DNA of 64,000 bases from Phycisphaerales bacterium (GCA_038214505.1 JBBQRT010000008.1:805-64804), one strand, 5' to 3'; shown: positions 44,732-55,959, counted from the stretch's first letter. The notes: a model not told the origin generated them from the letters alone. Program-made: numbers and translations.

Positions 44732-46321
44732 TCAGCCGAGCCACTTGTCGTCCCACTTCATGCCCTCGGCAACCTGGGCGGCGGTGCCCTTCTCGATCAT
44801 TCCGGCGACCGGATAAGCGCAATAGTCCAGCGAGAACGAGCCGGCGGGGCGGTGGTTGCCGCTGAGCCCGAGGCCGCCGAAGGGGAGCTTGCTGCTGGCC
44901 CCGGCGGTGCCGGTGTTGATGTTGATGCAGCCGGCGCGGCACTCGTGGAGGAACTGCTCGGCGTGGGGCTGGGTGGCGGTGAAGATCGAGGCGGCCAGGC
45001 CGTAGCGGGTGGCGTTGGCCTGCTGGATCGCCTCGTCGATGTCGGCGATCTCGCTGATGCGGAGCAGGGGTCCGAAGATCTCGATGTCGGCCCCGCTGCC
45101 GCCACCGCCTGGGGTGTCGTCGCCGGCGGCGACGAACTCTTGGACCTCGGTGATGCCGGCCGAGACGTAGAAGCCCTTGCCGAGGCGGTCGATCGGGCGG
45201 GCCTCGAGCAGCGTCCGGCCGCCCTTCCTGGCCCAGGCGGTCTGGGCGTCGAGGACGGCCTGGCGGGCCTGCTGGGTGATGATCGGGCCCGCGAACACCG
45301 GCGAGTTGCTTCGCGGATCGTTGAAGTTCAGGGCGCGTGCCGCCTCGACGATCGCGGTGACGAGCTTGTCCCTGACGGCGTAGTGCACGATCGCCCGGCG
45401 CGTCGACGTGCAGCGCTGGCCGGTCGTGTTGAAAGCGCAGCGCACGATCTCGATCGCGGCCTGACGGACGTCCGCGTCGTGCATCACGACCGCGGGATTG
45501 TTCCCGCCGAGCTCGAGCGCCAGGACCCGGCCCGGGCGGTCGAGGTTGGCGTGCGTGATCTTCCGGCCAACGGGCCAGGAGCCGGTGAACAGGATGCCGT
45601 CGAGCCCGTCGTGGCTCGAGAGGGCCGCGGCCGTCGCGGCCCCGCCCTGCACGAGATTGAATACGCCCGCGCCCTTACCTGGGGCGCCCTCTGCGAGCAG
45701 GGCCTCGTGGAACAGCTCGGCGAGGATCTGGCCCACACCGGGGGTCTTGTCGCTGGGCTTGAAGACGATCGTGTTGCCCATCGCGAGCGCTGGCACGATG
45801 TGGCCGTTTGGCAGGTGGGCGGGGAAGTTGAACGGGCCCAGCACGGCCATGACGCCGTGGGGCTTGTACCAGCAGCGGCCGAGCTTCTGGGGGCCCATCT
45901 CGAAGTCGAAGCCGTTGACGCGCTGGAGCCCGCCGATGGGCGAGGCGTCGAGGGTGATGTCGACCTTGGCCGCGAGGGCGGAGGCCTCGCCCTTGGCCTC
46001 CCACATCGCCTTGCCGGTCTCGTCGCAGATCAGCTCGGCGACGGCCGCGGCGCGGGCCTTGCACAGCTCGGCGAACCGCTTGAGCACGCGGAAGCGGTTG
46101 TCGCGGCCCCAGGCGCTCCAGGCCGGCAGGGCATGTCGGGCCGCGGCCACGGCGGCGTCGACGTGGGCGGGGTTTTCCGCGCCGCTCCAGACCATCTGGT
46201 CGGGCCGCGCGGGGTTGAACGAGGTGACGGTGGGGGTGCCCTTGGTGAGCGGGAGCCACTCGCCGTTGATGAGGTCGCTAGGCCCGTTCTTCAGCGAGGC
46301 GTGCTTGAGCTGGAGGTTCAT
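44732..46321 (-). CDS. NAD-dependent aldehyde dehydrogenase (succinylglutamate-semialdehyde dehydrogenase AstD-like)
   Basis: LINGEW...SFNPA...AVAAARHALPAWS, VFKPSDKTPG, FTGSWPVGRKI, LELGGNNPAVV (catalytic Glu), GQRCTSTRR (catalytic Cys), LPFGGLGLSGNHR. The N-terminal pattern resembles AstD. Specificity is not proven. Confidence 0.85.
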   Translation of the reverse strand: MNLQLKHASLKNGPSDLINGEWLPLTKGTPTVTSFNPARPDQMVWSGAENPAHVDAAVAAARHALPAWSAWGRDNRFRVLKRFAELCKARAAAVAELICDETGKAMWEAKGEASALAAKVDITLDASPIGGLQRVNGFDFEMGPQKLGRCWYKPHGVMAVLGPFNFPAHLPNGHIVPALAMGNTIVFKPSDKTPGVGQILAELFHEALLAEGAPGKGAGVFNLVQGGAATAAALSSHDGLDGILFTGSWPVGRKITHANLDRPGRVLALELGGNNPAVVMHDADVRQAAIEIVRCAFNTTGQRCTSTRRAIVHYAVRDKLVTAIVEAARALNFNDPRSNSPVFAGPIITQQARQAVLDAQTAWARKGGRTLLEARPIDRLGKGFYVSAGITEVQEFVAAGDDTPGGGGSGADIEIFGPLLRISEIADIDEAIQQANATRYGLAASIFTATQPHAEQFLHECRAGCININTGTAGASSKLPFGGLGLSGNHRPAGSFSLDYCAYPVAGMIEKGTAAQVAEGMKWDDKWLG

Positions 46322-46361
46322 GTGGGCGAAGGGTACGGGGCGTGCCGCGGGTGGTCGGCAC

Positions 46362-46391
46362 GAAAAAGCCCCGGGACGGTGTCCCGGGGCT
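46362..46391 (-). terminator. Intrinsic terminator downstream of clpX
   Basis: Minus strand: agccccgggac-acc-gtcccggggct followed by ttttcg. Confidence 0.78.
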
Positions 46392-46420
46392 GGAGAGAAA
46401 TCGGGGTGTGCGGGGGTCGA

Positions 46421-47785
<1,365 letters not shown>

Positions 47786-48035
47786 AAATCTGCCGTCCTT
47801 CGCTCGCCGGATGAGCCGGCGCCTGATGCTGTGAGAAAACGAATGTGCGCGGGCGTGTGTATCGACCAAGCGTCCGGCGTGCTGCACACTTGGCGGCCCG
47901 GTCTAGGCATGAAGGTGAAAGCCCTCGGCGGCCAGATCGCCCAATGTCCGCAAACCACGCAATCCTACCCCCGCACTTCCACCAACCGTGCAGGTTTGTC
48001 ACTTCCAAACCGAGCAAAGACATCAATGGTTCGTG

Positions 48036-48452
48036 CTAATCGGAAGGATCTCTTGATCCGTTATCGGCCTCGCGGCGGTTGCCGTGCGACCGGGGATTCG
48101 GCGGCCTCCGAGCGGGGCCTTTGGGGGGTTTGGTTTTCGGACGTTGCGCCGCAAGCTCGGCAGCTCGCTGCTCGACCTGCCGCTTGATGCTGTCCTGCAT
48201 CTTGCGCCGCGCGGCTTGGAACTCCTCGTCGCTGAGCTGGCCCCGGCGATTCATCTCTCGCAGCGTCTCCAGCAGACCCGCCTCGGACTGGGTCTCTTCG
48301 GGCTCGAACATCTTGCGTCGGAGGACCATCAGGGCCGCGCCCAGCACCATGACGACGACGATCAGGATCGTCGACCACAGCAGCGCGCCCGAAGTCGCCC
48401 TGGGGATGGCGGCCTGGGCGACGGAAGTGAAGAGCGAGTGGCCGAGCGTCAT
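48036..48452 (-). CDS. Small membrane protein with SHOCT-like motif
   Basis: One TM helix (LLWSTILIVVVMVLGAALMVL) followed by LLETLREMNRRGQLSDEEFQAARRKM, resembling the SHOCT short C-terminal domain. Basic Pro-rich tail. Confidence 0.6.
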   Translation of the reverse strand: MTLGHSLFTSVAQAAIPRATSGALLWSTILIVVVMVLGAALMVLRRKMFEPEETQSEAGLLETLREMNRRGQLSDEEFQAARRKMQDSIKRQVEQRAAELAAQRPKTKPPKGPARRPPNPRSHGNRREADNGSRDPSD

Positions 48453-48485
48453 CCGGCCGGATGATACCGGCGGCGGCGAACCGGC

Positions 48486-49253
48486 TCATAATCCCGAGGC
48501 GATCGCCTCGCGGAGCGGGTTGAGCAGTTTGGGGATGACCCACGCGTCAAGAAGCTCTTCGCCCTGAGTGGCAATCGAGGCGAGTTCCTTGAGCAGTTCC
48601 TTGACATCCGTGAACGGGCCGTGCTGGCGGATGATCAGATAGAGACTGATGGCTTGCTCCCGGGCCTCGACCGCCGTCACGGCGTGATTCCGGGTCTTGA
48701 CCTCGACGATGGCGTGCCGCCGCCCGTCGTCGCTGAGCGCCACGCCGAACGTCGGCTGGCAGTCGACGGCCTTGGCGCTCACACCCGAACGCCCGGCGCC
48801 GTCGAGGAGGCCGGCGAGCGGGGAACCGGCCAGCAGCGCGGCGCACACGAGCGAGTCGTGGTTGCCCGCCGCGGGGAGGTCGAAACCCCAGAGCAGCTCG
48901 ACGTTCTCGATGTCCAATGCGGAGATGTCCAGGTAGTAGGGGGCCGATTCGACGAGCAGTTTGTGCAGGGTGTAGCCCGCCTGGTTGCTGTCGGGATTGA
49001 CGCTCCCCGAGCGGAGGCTGGTTTTGCGCACGGCGATCCACTGCTGGTGCTGCGACGCCGCGTCGGCGTCGGGGCGGGACTCGAGGGAGAGCTCGTCGGT
49101 GTAGCGCTTGAAGCGCTCCATCCCCGGCACCTCGCGCCGGATGCGGTCGAACATGCTCAGGACGGTGTCCCGGCGCATGGCCAGGTCCATCTTGAGGTTC
49201 ATCCGCATGTTGATGTAGAAGTCGGACGCAAACGCCGCGTAGTCGCTCGCCAT
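48486..49253 (-). CDS. Hypothetical protein (255 aa)
   Basis: Internal ATG 49251-49253 (MASDYAAFASDFYINMRMNLK...) of track ORF 48486..49469. Balanced composition and good GC3 bias. No motif recognised. Confidence 0.6.
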   Translation of the reverse strand: MASDYAAFASDFYINMRMNLKMDLAMRRDTVLSMFDRIRREVPGMERFKRYTDELSLESRPDADAASQHQQWIAVRKTSLRSGSVNPDSNQAGYTLHKLLVESAPYYLDISALDIENVELLWGFDLPAAGNHDSLVCAALLAGSPLAGLLDGAGRSGVSAKAVDCQPTFGVALSDDGRRHAIVEVKTRNHAVTAVEAREQAISLYLIIRQHGPFTDVKELLKELASIATQGEELLDAWVIPKLLNPLREAIASGL

Positions 49254-49365
49254 GGGGCTCCCCGCACTCGGCCCGATCGATCGTGGATGCGAGTGTATAG
49301 TGGCCCTGTGAGCGGGAGTCGGGGGCGGAAGTTGGTCGGCAATCGCCGAACCGGGAGTATTCCGC

Positions 49366-49728
49366 ATGATCCGAAGCACCGCCGCCGGCGTCGCTTGCTG
49401 CCTTGTTCTCGCCATGGGCGGCTGCCGGTCCGGCTCATCGGCGTCGGCCTCGCCGGGCTGCCCGGACAATCACGAGCCCGTCGCCGCGGCCAAGGCCGCG
49501 GCGGGCGAGACCACTCTCGTCAAGGTCGGCAACATGCGGTGCCCGATCGCCCCCGATGACGAGGTTGGCGACAACGGGATGGTCGACGCCGAGCTGACCC
49601 GGCCGTACAAGGGCCAGACGATCGGCTTCTGCTGCCCCAACTGCCCGCCGATCTGGGACAAGATGTCCGATCAGAAGAAGGCCGCGGCCCTGAAGAACGC
49701 GAAGGACAAGGACGGTTCGCGGTCTTGA
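49366..49728 (+). CDS. Lipoprotein with TRASH/YHS-like metal-binding Cys motif (C-x29-C-x3-C)
   Basis: GGGAG SD. Signal/lipobox CCLVLAMGGC. NMRCPIAPDDEV...LTRPYKGQTIGFCCPNCPPIWDKMSD resembles the YHS/TRASH pattern (C...Y.G..y.FCs..C...f). Confidence 0.65.
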   Translation: MIRSTAAGVACCLVLAMGGCRSGSSASASPGCPDNHEPVAAAKAAAGETTLVKVGNMRCPIAPDDEVGDNGMVDAELTRPYKGQTIGFCCPNCPPIWDKMSDQKKAAALKNAKDKDGSRS

Positions 49729-49830
49729 AGCTCGTCGGCGACTCGGCAATTGGAGGTCGGTGTCGTTCGTTGGTCCTGGGTGTCCACGCTCGCCTATGAA
49801 TCTCCTGTGAATCCCCGATGCTTGCGATCC

Positions 49831-50292
49831 ATGGCTGCGATTGAACGATTTGGACGGACCGGAGCGATGCTGGTCGGTGCGGCGGTGCTTCTGCTTGCTC
49901 TGGTCGGCTGCGAGCGGGCGGCGCCGGAGGATGAGCACCAGCACGAGCACCAGCATCAGCACGAGCCGGCCCGGATGGCCGCGCCGGGCCCCGTGCCTGC
50001 TGATGATTCCGAGAACGCGCTCGCGGGTCCGGGTGTTTTCGGCCCACGCTCGGATGTCGTTGAAGTCGTCAACGCCACCTGCCCGCTTCTGGTTGGCCAG
50101 TCGGTCGGCGCTGGGAAGCGGTGCGAGCGGTCGATGACTCGCAGGCTGGGCAACCGGCTGGTGGGGTTTTGCGATGCCGAGTGCGTTCGGGCGTGGGACC
50201 AGATGTCCGAGAGCCGGCGGGAGGCGCTGCTTCGCGAGACTTTGGCGCTCGAATCAGGGATGCCTTCGGGCCACGCAAAGCCTGAGAAATGA
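49831..50292 (+). CDS. Paralogous lipoprotein with His-rich stretch and TRASH/YHS-like Cys motif
   Basis: ATG 49831 within track ORF 49750..50292. Lipobox LLLALVGC. EDEHQHEHQHQHE. NATCPLLVGQSV...RRLGNRLVGFCDAECVRAWDQMSE has the same C-x29-C-x3-C spacing and WDxMS tail as the upstream gene. Confidence 0.6.
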   Translation: MAAIERFGRTGAMLVGAAVLLLALVGCERAAPEDEHQHEHQHQHEPARMAAPGPVPADDSENALAGPGVFGPRSDVVEVVNATCPLLVGQSVGAGKRCERSMTRRLGNRLVGFCDAECVRAWDQMSESRREALLRETLALESGMPSGHAKPEK

Positions 50293-50298
50293 GCCGCT

Positions 50299-50562
50299 TC
50301 AGCGGATGGCAAATCTCGGCTCGGTCGGGTCGTCGGCGATCGATGTTCGGTCTTCGCGCTCGATGTTTCGGCTCATCGCCGCGCGAAGGTCGGCGAGCGT
50401 CGCGGCGATGACCGCCGCGTCGCCCTGGACCTCCAGCAGCACCGTGTTGTCGGCCTGGTTGCGGACGAAGCCCGCGACGTTGTGCCGGCGCGCGATGGAC
50501 GCGGCGGTGGCGCGGAAGCCCACGCCCTGGACCCGCCCGGAGAAGATGACGCGTTGCCGCAT
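50299..50562 (-). CDS. acyP: Acylphosphatase
   Basis: Start ATG 50560-50562. MRQRVIFSGRVQGVGFRATAASIARRHNVAGFVRNQADNTVLLEVQGD: the canonical V.G.VQGVGFR and G.V.N motifs. Confidence 0.88.
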   Translation of the reverse strand: MRQRVIFSGRVQGVGFRATAASIARRHNVAGFVRNQADNTVLLEVQGDAAVIAATLADLRAAMSRNIEREDRTSIADDPTEPRFAIR

Positions 50563-51116
50563 GGGTTCACCATAGCCCCCAATCAAGCTATTCGGCCCTA
50601 CGCTGCAAGTTTGCCCATTTTGTGCAAGTTGTTTGACCATCAGGGCTTCTGGGCTATGTTGTTCTTGAGGACGTCCCGCGGCTTCCACCCCCGCCCGTTC
50701 GTGCCGGACCTGTTTCCGGAACACCACGTGGGCTATCCACCCGGACCGCGAGCAACGCCCACCCCCCGTGTCTCCGGCTCGTACCGAGCCGCGGACCAGA
50801 CAGCCCTGACGCTGTGCATGTGCTGACAGTGACGATGGGTTCTCGGGCGATGGAGTTGTCTCCTACGCCGCCGGGCTTCGAGGCCCGAACGCCGGTTTGG
50901 TGCGACGAAGGGTGTTCTGATTGAGCGTTTTCAGAGTTTGGACTGTCCGAACGGCTACCGATTTCGAGTGCCAGCATGATCGGGCTGATTGAGGGTCGTC
51001 GAGCGGGGAAAGTTCCCTGGGACGATCGGCTCAGATAGAGTGTGGGCGGCGGTCTCGTGGGGAGACTCCCGCATGGCGTGTCGGGTCTGTTGCGGCGGCT
51101 GCGTCGCGGAGATGGC

Positions 51117-53033
51117 ATGACGCCGGTGAGTCGATCCTCAAGCCTCGATTTTTCCTCCCGCGGCGACGACCGCCAGCGCGTCTTGGACGCGACGGACATC
51201 GTGCGCCTCATCGGCGAGCAGATGGCCCTCAAGCAGAAGGGCCGCGAGTACGTCTGTCTATGCCCGTTCCACGACGACCACTCGCCGTCGATGTGCGTGG
51301 TGCCGCACAAGCAGATCTATCACTGCTTTTCCTGCGGCGCGGGCGGCAACGCGATCACGTTCGCGATGAACTACCACAAGATGTCTTTCCGCGAGTCTCT
51401 TGAGTACCTCGCCGAGCGGGCGGGGCTCGCGCTCTCGCCCCCGCCGCGGCGCGGGCAGGAGTTTCCGGGCGCGACGTCTTCGTTCGGCGATGACTCGGGC
51501 GATGGCTCCCCGCGCCCGACGCGGGCCGTGCTTGCCTCCGCGGCGGCCACGGCGCAAACCTTCTTTCTCGCGATCCTCAACCACCCCGAGCACGGCCGCG
51601 CGGCCCGATCGGCCATCGAACGCCGCGCGATCTCGCCGGAGATGATCGAGGCGTTCGGCGTGGGAGCGGCGCCAGACAAGTGGGACGGGCTGGCCCTGAC
51701 GATCTCGAGCAAACAGCTGCCGCTCGAGCCCTTTCTCGCCGCGGGCCTTCTTAAGCAGCGGGAGGGCTCTTCGGGCTGCTACGACGCGTTCCGCAACCGG
51801 CTGATGTTTCCGATTCATGATCCGACCGGGCGGATCATCGGGTTCGGCGGGCGACGCCTCAACGACGAGGACGAGCCCAAGTACATCAACTCGCCCGAGT
51901 CGCCGCTGTTCGACAAGTCGAGCACGCTTTACGGGCTCTACCAGGCCGGTCAGGCGATCCGGCAATCGAGGATCGCGATCGTGACCGAGGGGTACATGGA
52001 CACTATCGCCTGCCACCAGGCCGGGATCCGCAACGCTGTTGCGACGCTGGGCACGGCCCTGACGGCCGGCAACGCCCGCGTGCTCCGCCGGCAGTGCGAC
52101 ACCGTTGTGCTGCTCTTTGATGGCGACGAGGCGGGGCAGCGGGCCGCCGAGCGTGGGGTCGAGGTGTTCTTCGCCGAGCCTATCGACGTGCGGATCGCCC
52201 GCCTCTCGAGCGTGACGGACGCGAAGGACCCCGACGAGCTGCTGAAGCGCGACGGCGGGCGGGCCGTCTTTGATCGGGTAATCGCGCAGGCGATCGACCC
52301 GCTCGAGCTGCTGTTCACCCGTATCCGTTCGCAGATGGGGAGCCTGGGGCTCTCGGCCCGCAGCCGGGCCGTCGACGAGTTCATCGCGAGGCTGGTCGAC
52401 CTCGGGCTGGATCGCGTCGACAAGGTGCGGTACCAGCTCATCGTCAAGCGGCTCTCGCAGATCGCGGGTGTTGATTGGGACGCCATCGCCGAGGCCGTCG
52501 GGCGGCACAGGGCCCGGGCCCGCGGCCGGACCGGTCCTCAAGCACGCGAGGAGCCCGCGCGTCCGCAGACGCGGGGGCTTTCGGCGGCCGAGCATCTGCT
52601 GGGCTGCATCCTCAACGATCCGAGCCTGGTGCTTTCGCTCGAAGAGTCCGACTGGGAACTCATCGAGCCCTTGGCGTTCACTGAAGGGACCGCCCGCGCG
52701 GTTGCGCAGGCGATCGCCGACCTCCAGATAGGCGAGGAGTCGCCGAGCATCCAGAACATCCTCGCGCACACCGACGACCCGGAGCTCTCCCGCGCTGCGG
52801 TCTGGATCTCCAGCGAGGTCGACCGGCTCACACAGTCGGACCCCGAGCTGCTCAAGCGGCACTGGCGCGAGCGGCTCGCCGACGCGCGGGCGCAGGGTCG
52901 GTCCGCCCGGGCCGAGCGGAGTTCGACGATCGGGAAGGCAACAGAATCTTGGCTCGACAACGTCGCGCGTCTGCGCGAAGCTCGCGCCGGTCGCGGCAAT
53001 GATCCTCGGGCTATTCCCAGGCCGCCGTCGTGA
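51117..53033 (+). CDS. dnaG: DNA primase
   Basis: Zinc finger CLCPFHDDHSPSMCV....YHCFSCGAGGN. RNA polymerase domain FRNRLMFPIHD..GRIIGFGGR...PKYINSPE. TOPRIM IVTEGYMD...VVLLFDGDEAGQRAA. ATG 51117 chosen; the track ORF starts at 51042. Confidence 0.93.
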   Translation: MTPVSRSSSLDFSSRGDDRQRVLDATDIVRLIGEQMALKQKGREYVCLCPFHDDHSPSMCVVPHKQIYHCFSCGAGGNAITFAMNYHKMSFRESLEYLAERAGLALSPPPRRGQEFPGATSSFGDDSGDGSPRPTRAVLASAAATAQTFFLAILNHPEHGRAARSAIERRAISPEMIEAFGVGAAPDKWDGLALTISSKQLPLEPFLAAGLLKQREGSSGCYDAFRNRLMFPIHDPTGRIIGFGGRRLNDEDEPKYINSPESPLFDKSSTLYGLYQAGQAIRQSRIAIVTEGYMDTIACHQAGIRNAVATLGTALTAGNARVLRRQCDTVVLLFDGDEAGQRAAERGVEVFFAEPIDVRIARLSSVTDAKDPDELLKRDGGRAVFDRVIAQAIDPLELLFTRIRSQMGSLGLSARSRAVDEFIARLVDLGLDRVDKVRYQLIVKRLSQIAGVDWDAIAEAVGRHRARARGRTGPQAREEPARPQTRGLSAAEHLLGCILNDPSLVLSLEESDWELIEPLAFTEGTARAVAQAIADLQIGEESPSIQNILAHTDDPELSRAAVWISSEVDRLTQSDPELLKRHWRERLADARAQGRSARAERSSTIGKATESWLDNVARLREARAGRGNDPRAIPRPPS

Positions 53034-53233
53034 CCGTTGTCGGCCGTCCGAGCTAGAGATGATCGTTCAAGAGGGGATGGGTGCGGGCTCGTGGTGGGCC
53101 CGAGTGTTGGTGGGGGGGCGGGAGAGTGGAGCCGGGCCCGGCGCGATCTGCGGCGGACTTGGCGGAAGCGAATGACTCGCGGCCTGGCCGCCGGAACCCC
53201 GGCGATCTGGCCCGCACTCGGCAGGAGGCTTGC

Positions 53234-55051
53234 GTGATTCTTGACCTGCACCCGGCGCTCTCGGACCTGATCGATCACAGCTGTCGTCGTGGCTGGCTCA
53301 GCTACGAGGAGCTCAACAACACGCTGCCCGACGAGTGGGTCGATCCGGACCGGCTCCACGAGATGCTGGTATACCTCGACACGCTGGGCATCGAGCTCAT
53401 CGACGAGCAGGAGTTCAAGGCCCGCTGCTGGCGCGAGAGCCGCGACGAGCCGGGCTCCGCCTCGGCGAAGGGTCTGGCCATGCCGCTGCGGGCGATGTCG
53501 GTCGCGGGTGGCGACCGGGCGTTGTCGCTGGGCTTCGCCGAGATGCTCGACGGAGCCGACGGCGAAGAGCCGCAGGACGAGGAAGCGGCGGAGCTGCACA
53601 AGGACCTCGCCGAAGCGCTCAGCGAGTCCGGGCACAAGCGGATCGACGACCCGGTGCGGATGTACCTGTCGCAGATGGGCTCGATCCCGCTGCTGACCCG
53701 GGAGGAAGAGATTCGGCTGGCCAAGAAGATCGAGACCACGCGGATGATCTTCCGGCGGAGGGCGCTCGAGAGCGATTACGTGGTGACGCACGCCATGGCG
53801 CTGCTCCGGTTGGTCGCCGCCGGCGAGCTGCCGTTCGACCGCACCATGCGCGTCTCGACGGCGGAGGAGAACGCCAAGGACAAGATCTCCCGCCGGATCC
53901 CGGCCAATCTCGCGACACTGGACAAGCTGCTCGAGCTCAATCGGCGGGACTGGGAAACGCTGCAGGCGGCCAAGGCCCAGGGCGCGACGGAGGCGATCGC
54001 CGAGGTCGTCGAGCGGATCGCGACGCGTCGGCGGCGGATGGCCGCGCTGACCGAGGAGCTGAGCCTGCGGACCGGGAAGATCATCCCTTTGTTCAAGAAG
54101 TTGCGGTCCATTGCGAAGAAGATGCACGAGCTGTCGGCCGACCTCCGCAAGGCCGAGCGGAACCCGCGGCTGTACGAGGCCGACGACGTCGCGGTCCGCC
54201 GCGAGGAGCTCGGCGGCCTGCGCAATCTGGTGCTCGAAGAGCCCGACGAGCTGCTCCGCCGCGTCCGCGAGGTGGCGACGGTGTTCTGGGAGTACGAGCA
54301 GGCCAAGCGCGACCTCTCGGGCGGCAACCTGCGGCTGGTGGTCTCGATCGCCAAGAAGTACCGCAACCGCGGCCTGCCCTTCCTCGACGTGATCCAGGAG
54401 GGGAACACCGGGCTCATGCGCGCCGTCGACAAGTACGAGTACAAGCGGGGCTACAAGTTTTCGACCTACGCCACGTGGTGGATCCGCCAGGCCATCACCC
54501 GCGCGATAGCGGACCACTCCCGAACCATCCGCATCCCCGTTCACATGATCGAGACGATGAGCCGCCTGCGCAACATCGCCAAGCTCATGCTCCAGCAGAC
54601 CGGGCAGGAGCCGACGATGGAGGAGCTCGCCGAGAAGGCCGGCATGAGTGTCGCCGAGACGCGCCGGGTCATGAAGATCTCCAAGAACCCTGTTTCGCTC
54701 GATAGACCCGTCGGCGAGACCGAGGATTCGTCGCTTGGCGACTTCCTTCAGGACGAGAAGACCGAGGCCCCGGCGGACACCGCGGCCCAGGACATGCTCA
54801 AGAACCGTATCGAGCAGGTGCTCAAGGGCCTGACCTATCGCGAGCGCGAGATCATCAAGCTCCGCTACGGCATCGGCGACGGCTACACGTACACGCTCGA
54901 GGAGGTCGGCCGCATCTTCAAGGTCACCCGCGAGCGTGTCCGCCAGGTCGAGGCCAAGGCCATCCGCAAGCTCCAGCACCCCGTGCGGGCCCAGAAACTC
55001 TGCAGTTTCATGGACGCGGAGTATGACGGCTTGAGCGCCGCGGACAAGTGA
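53234..55051 (+). CDS. rpoD: Primary RNA polymerase sigma factor RpoD
   Basis: GTG 53234 preceded by AGGAGG (53223-53228). [21 protein letters not shown] (1.2), [63 protein letters not shown] (2.1-2.4), IRIPVHM (3.0), [12 protein letters not shown]...[28 protein letters not shown] (4.2). Confidence 0.95.
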   Translation: MILDLHPALSDLIDHSCRRGWLSYEELNNTLPDEWVDPDRLHEMLVYLDTLGIELIDEQEFKARCWRESRDEPGSASAKGLAMPLRAMSVAGGDRALSLGFAEMLDGADGEEPQDEEAAELHKDLAEALSESGHKRIDDPVRMYLSQMGSIPLLTREEEIRLAKKIETTRMIFRRRALESDYVVTHAMALLRLVAAGELPFDRTMRVSTAEENAKDKISRRIPANLATLDKLLELNRRDWETLQAAKAQGATEAIAEVVERIATRRRRMAALTEELSLRTGKIIPLFKKLRSIAKKMHELSADLRKAERNPRLYEADDVAVRREELGGLRNLVLEEPDELLRRVREVATVFWEYEQAKRDLSGGNLRLVVSIAKKYRNRGLPFLDVIQEGNTGLMRAVDKYEYKRGYKFSTYATWWIRQAITRAIADHSRTIRIPVHMIETMSRLRNIAKLMLQQTGQEPTMEELAEKAGMSVAETRRVMKISKNPVSLDRPVGETEDSSLGDFLQDEKTEAPADTAAQDMLKNRIEQVLKGLTYREREIIKLRYGIGDGYTYTLEEVGRIFKVTRERVRQVEAKAIRKLQHPVRAQKLCSFMDAEYDGLSAADK

Positions 55052-55092
55052 TGCCCGAGCCCGCCAGCGGAGCGAGCCGCGCAGGCCCGCCT

Positions 55093-55959
55093 TCACCGTC
55101 CGGTCACGGCCGCGTCGAGGACGCCCGCGACTACGCCAGCGAGCCCGGACTCCCGGGGCGATACGCCCCGCAGGTCGAGCACCACGGCCCGCAGCCGCGC
55201 CGCGCTGGCGCTGGTCATCAGCGCGACCCGGTAGGCGAGAACATCCAGGCGTCCCTGCGCCGACGCCGGTGCCACGCGTAGAGCGCCGAGCGTTCGGGAA
55301 GTATCGCTGAGCCGGGCGCTCACGAGCCGGTCGCCGAGCGATGACGCCAGAGCAACGGGATCGAGGCCCGCACCCTGGCACCCCGCAGGATCGAGCCCGA
55401 CGCCGATCGGCCCGGGAGCCTGCGCGTGCTCGCCGATAGGCAGCCCGTGGTCGGCCAGCCGCACGCCGTGCCGCTGGGCGGCGGAAGCGAGGCTCGCCAG
55501 CACGTCCGACGGAGGGTTGGGGGGCAGCGTCAGACTCACGCAGGTATCGCCCTCGGCCCGACGGGCCACGACCGCGCCGCCGGAGAGCGCCGCCAGATCG
55601 GCCGCGAGCTCGATCGCGTTGATGACCGCCGCGGCCGCCCGGTCGACGTTCTGGGTCGACGCGAAGTGCTCGGGAGGCACAAACATGTCGAGCCCGCAGC
55701 AGGAAAGCTCGAGTCGCCGGAGCGTGGCGGCCAGGTCTCGCCGGGCTGAGCGGTCTAGATCGCGTGGCCGCATCGCCGGATGCGTCGCGTCGAGCTGCAC
55801 CCAGCGAACGTCCAGCATCGAGACTGTGCGCAGCGTGTCTTTGAGCCCCGCGGCCGTCCCGGGCGACGCGCGGGCGAGCTCGGGCCAGGCCGGGTCGATT
55901 CCGGCGAGCGCGATCGCGATCGGGGGCAGAGCTGTCGAGATGTCGCTTCCAGCGGGCAT
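55093..55959 (-). CDS. Hypothetical protein, possibly xylose isomerase-like TIM-barrel (sugar phosphate isomerase/epimerase) fold
   Basis: Track ORF with moderate GC3 bias. Weak resemblance only (alternating beta/alpha pattern, LDATHPAM...GLDMFVPPEHF). The assignment is tentative. Confidence 0.45.
   Translation of the reverse strand: MPAGSDISTALPPIAIALAGIDPAWPELARASPGTAAGLKDTLRTVSMLDVRWVQLDATHPAMRPRDLDRSARRDLAATLRRLELSCCGLDMFVPPEHFASTQNVDRAAAAVINAIELAADLAALSGGAVVARRAEGDTCVSLTLPPNPPSDVLASLASAAQRHGVRLADHGLPIGEHAQAPGPIGVGLDPAGCQGAGLDPVALASSLGDRLVSARLSDTSRTLGALRVAPASAQGRLDVLAYRVALMTSASAARLRAVVLDLRGVSPRESGLAGVVAGVLDAAVTGR

Noticed and set aside
50690-50760. Possible SRP (4.5S) RNA motif: the minus strand reads ...CCGGAAACAGGUCCGGCAC...GGAAGCC
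   Set aside because: Only fragmentary resemblance to the AGGUCCGGAAGGAAGCAGC helix-8 consensus. I could not fold a GNRA-capped helix with the symmetric and asymmetric loops.
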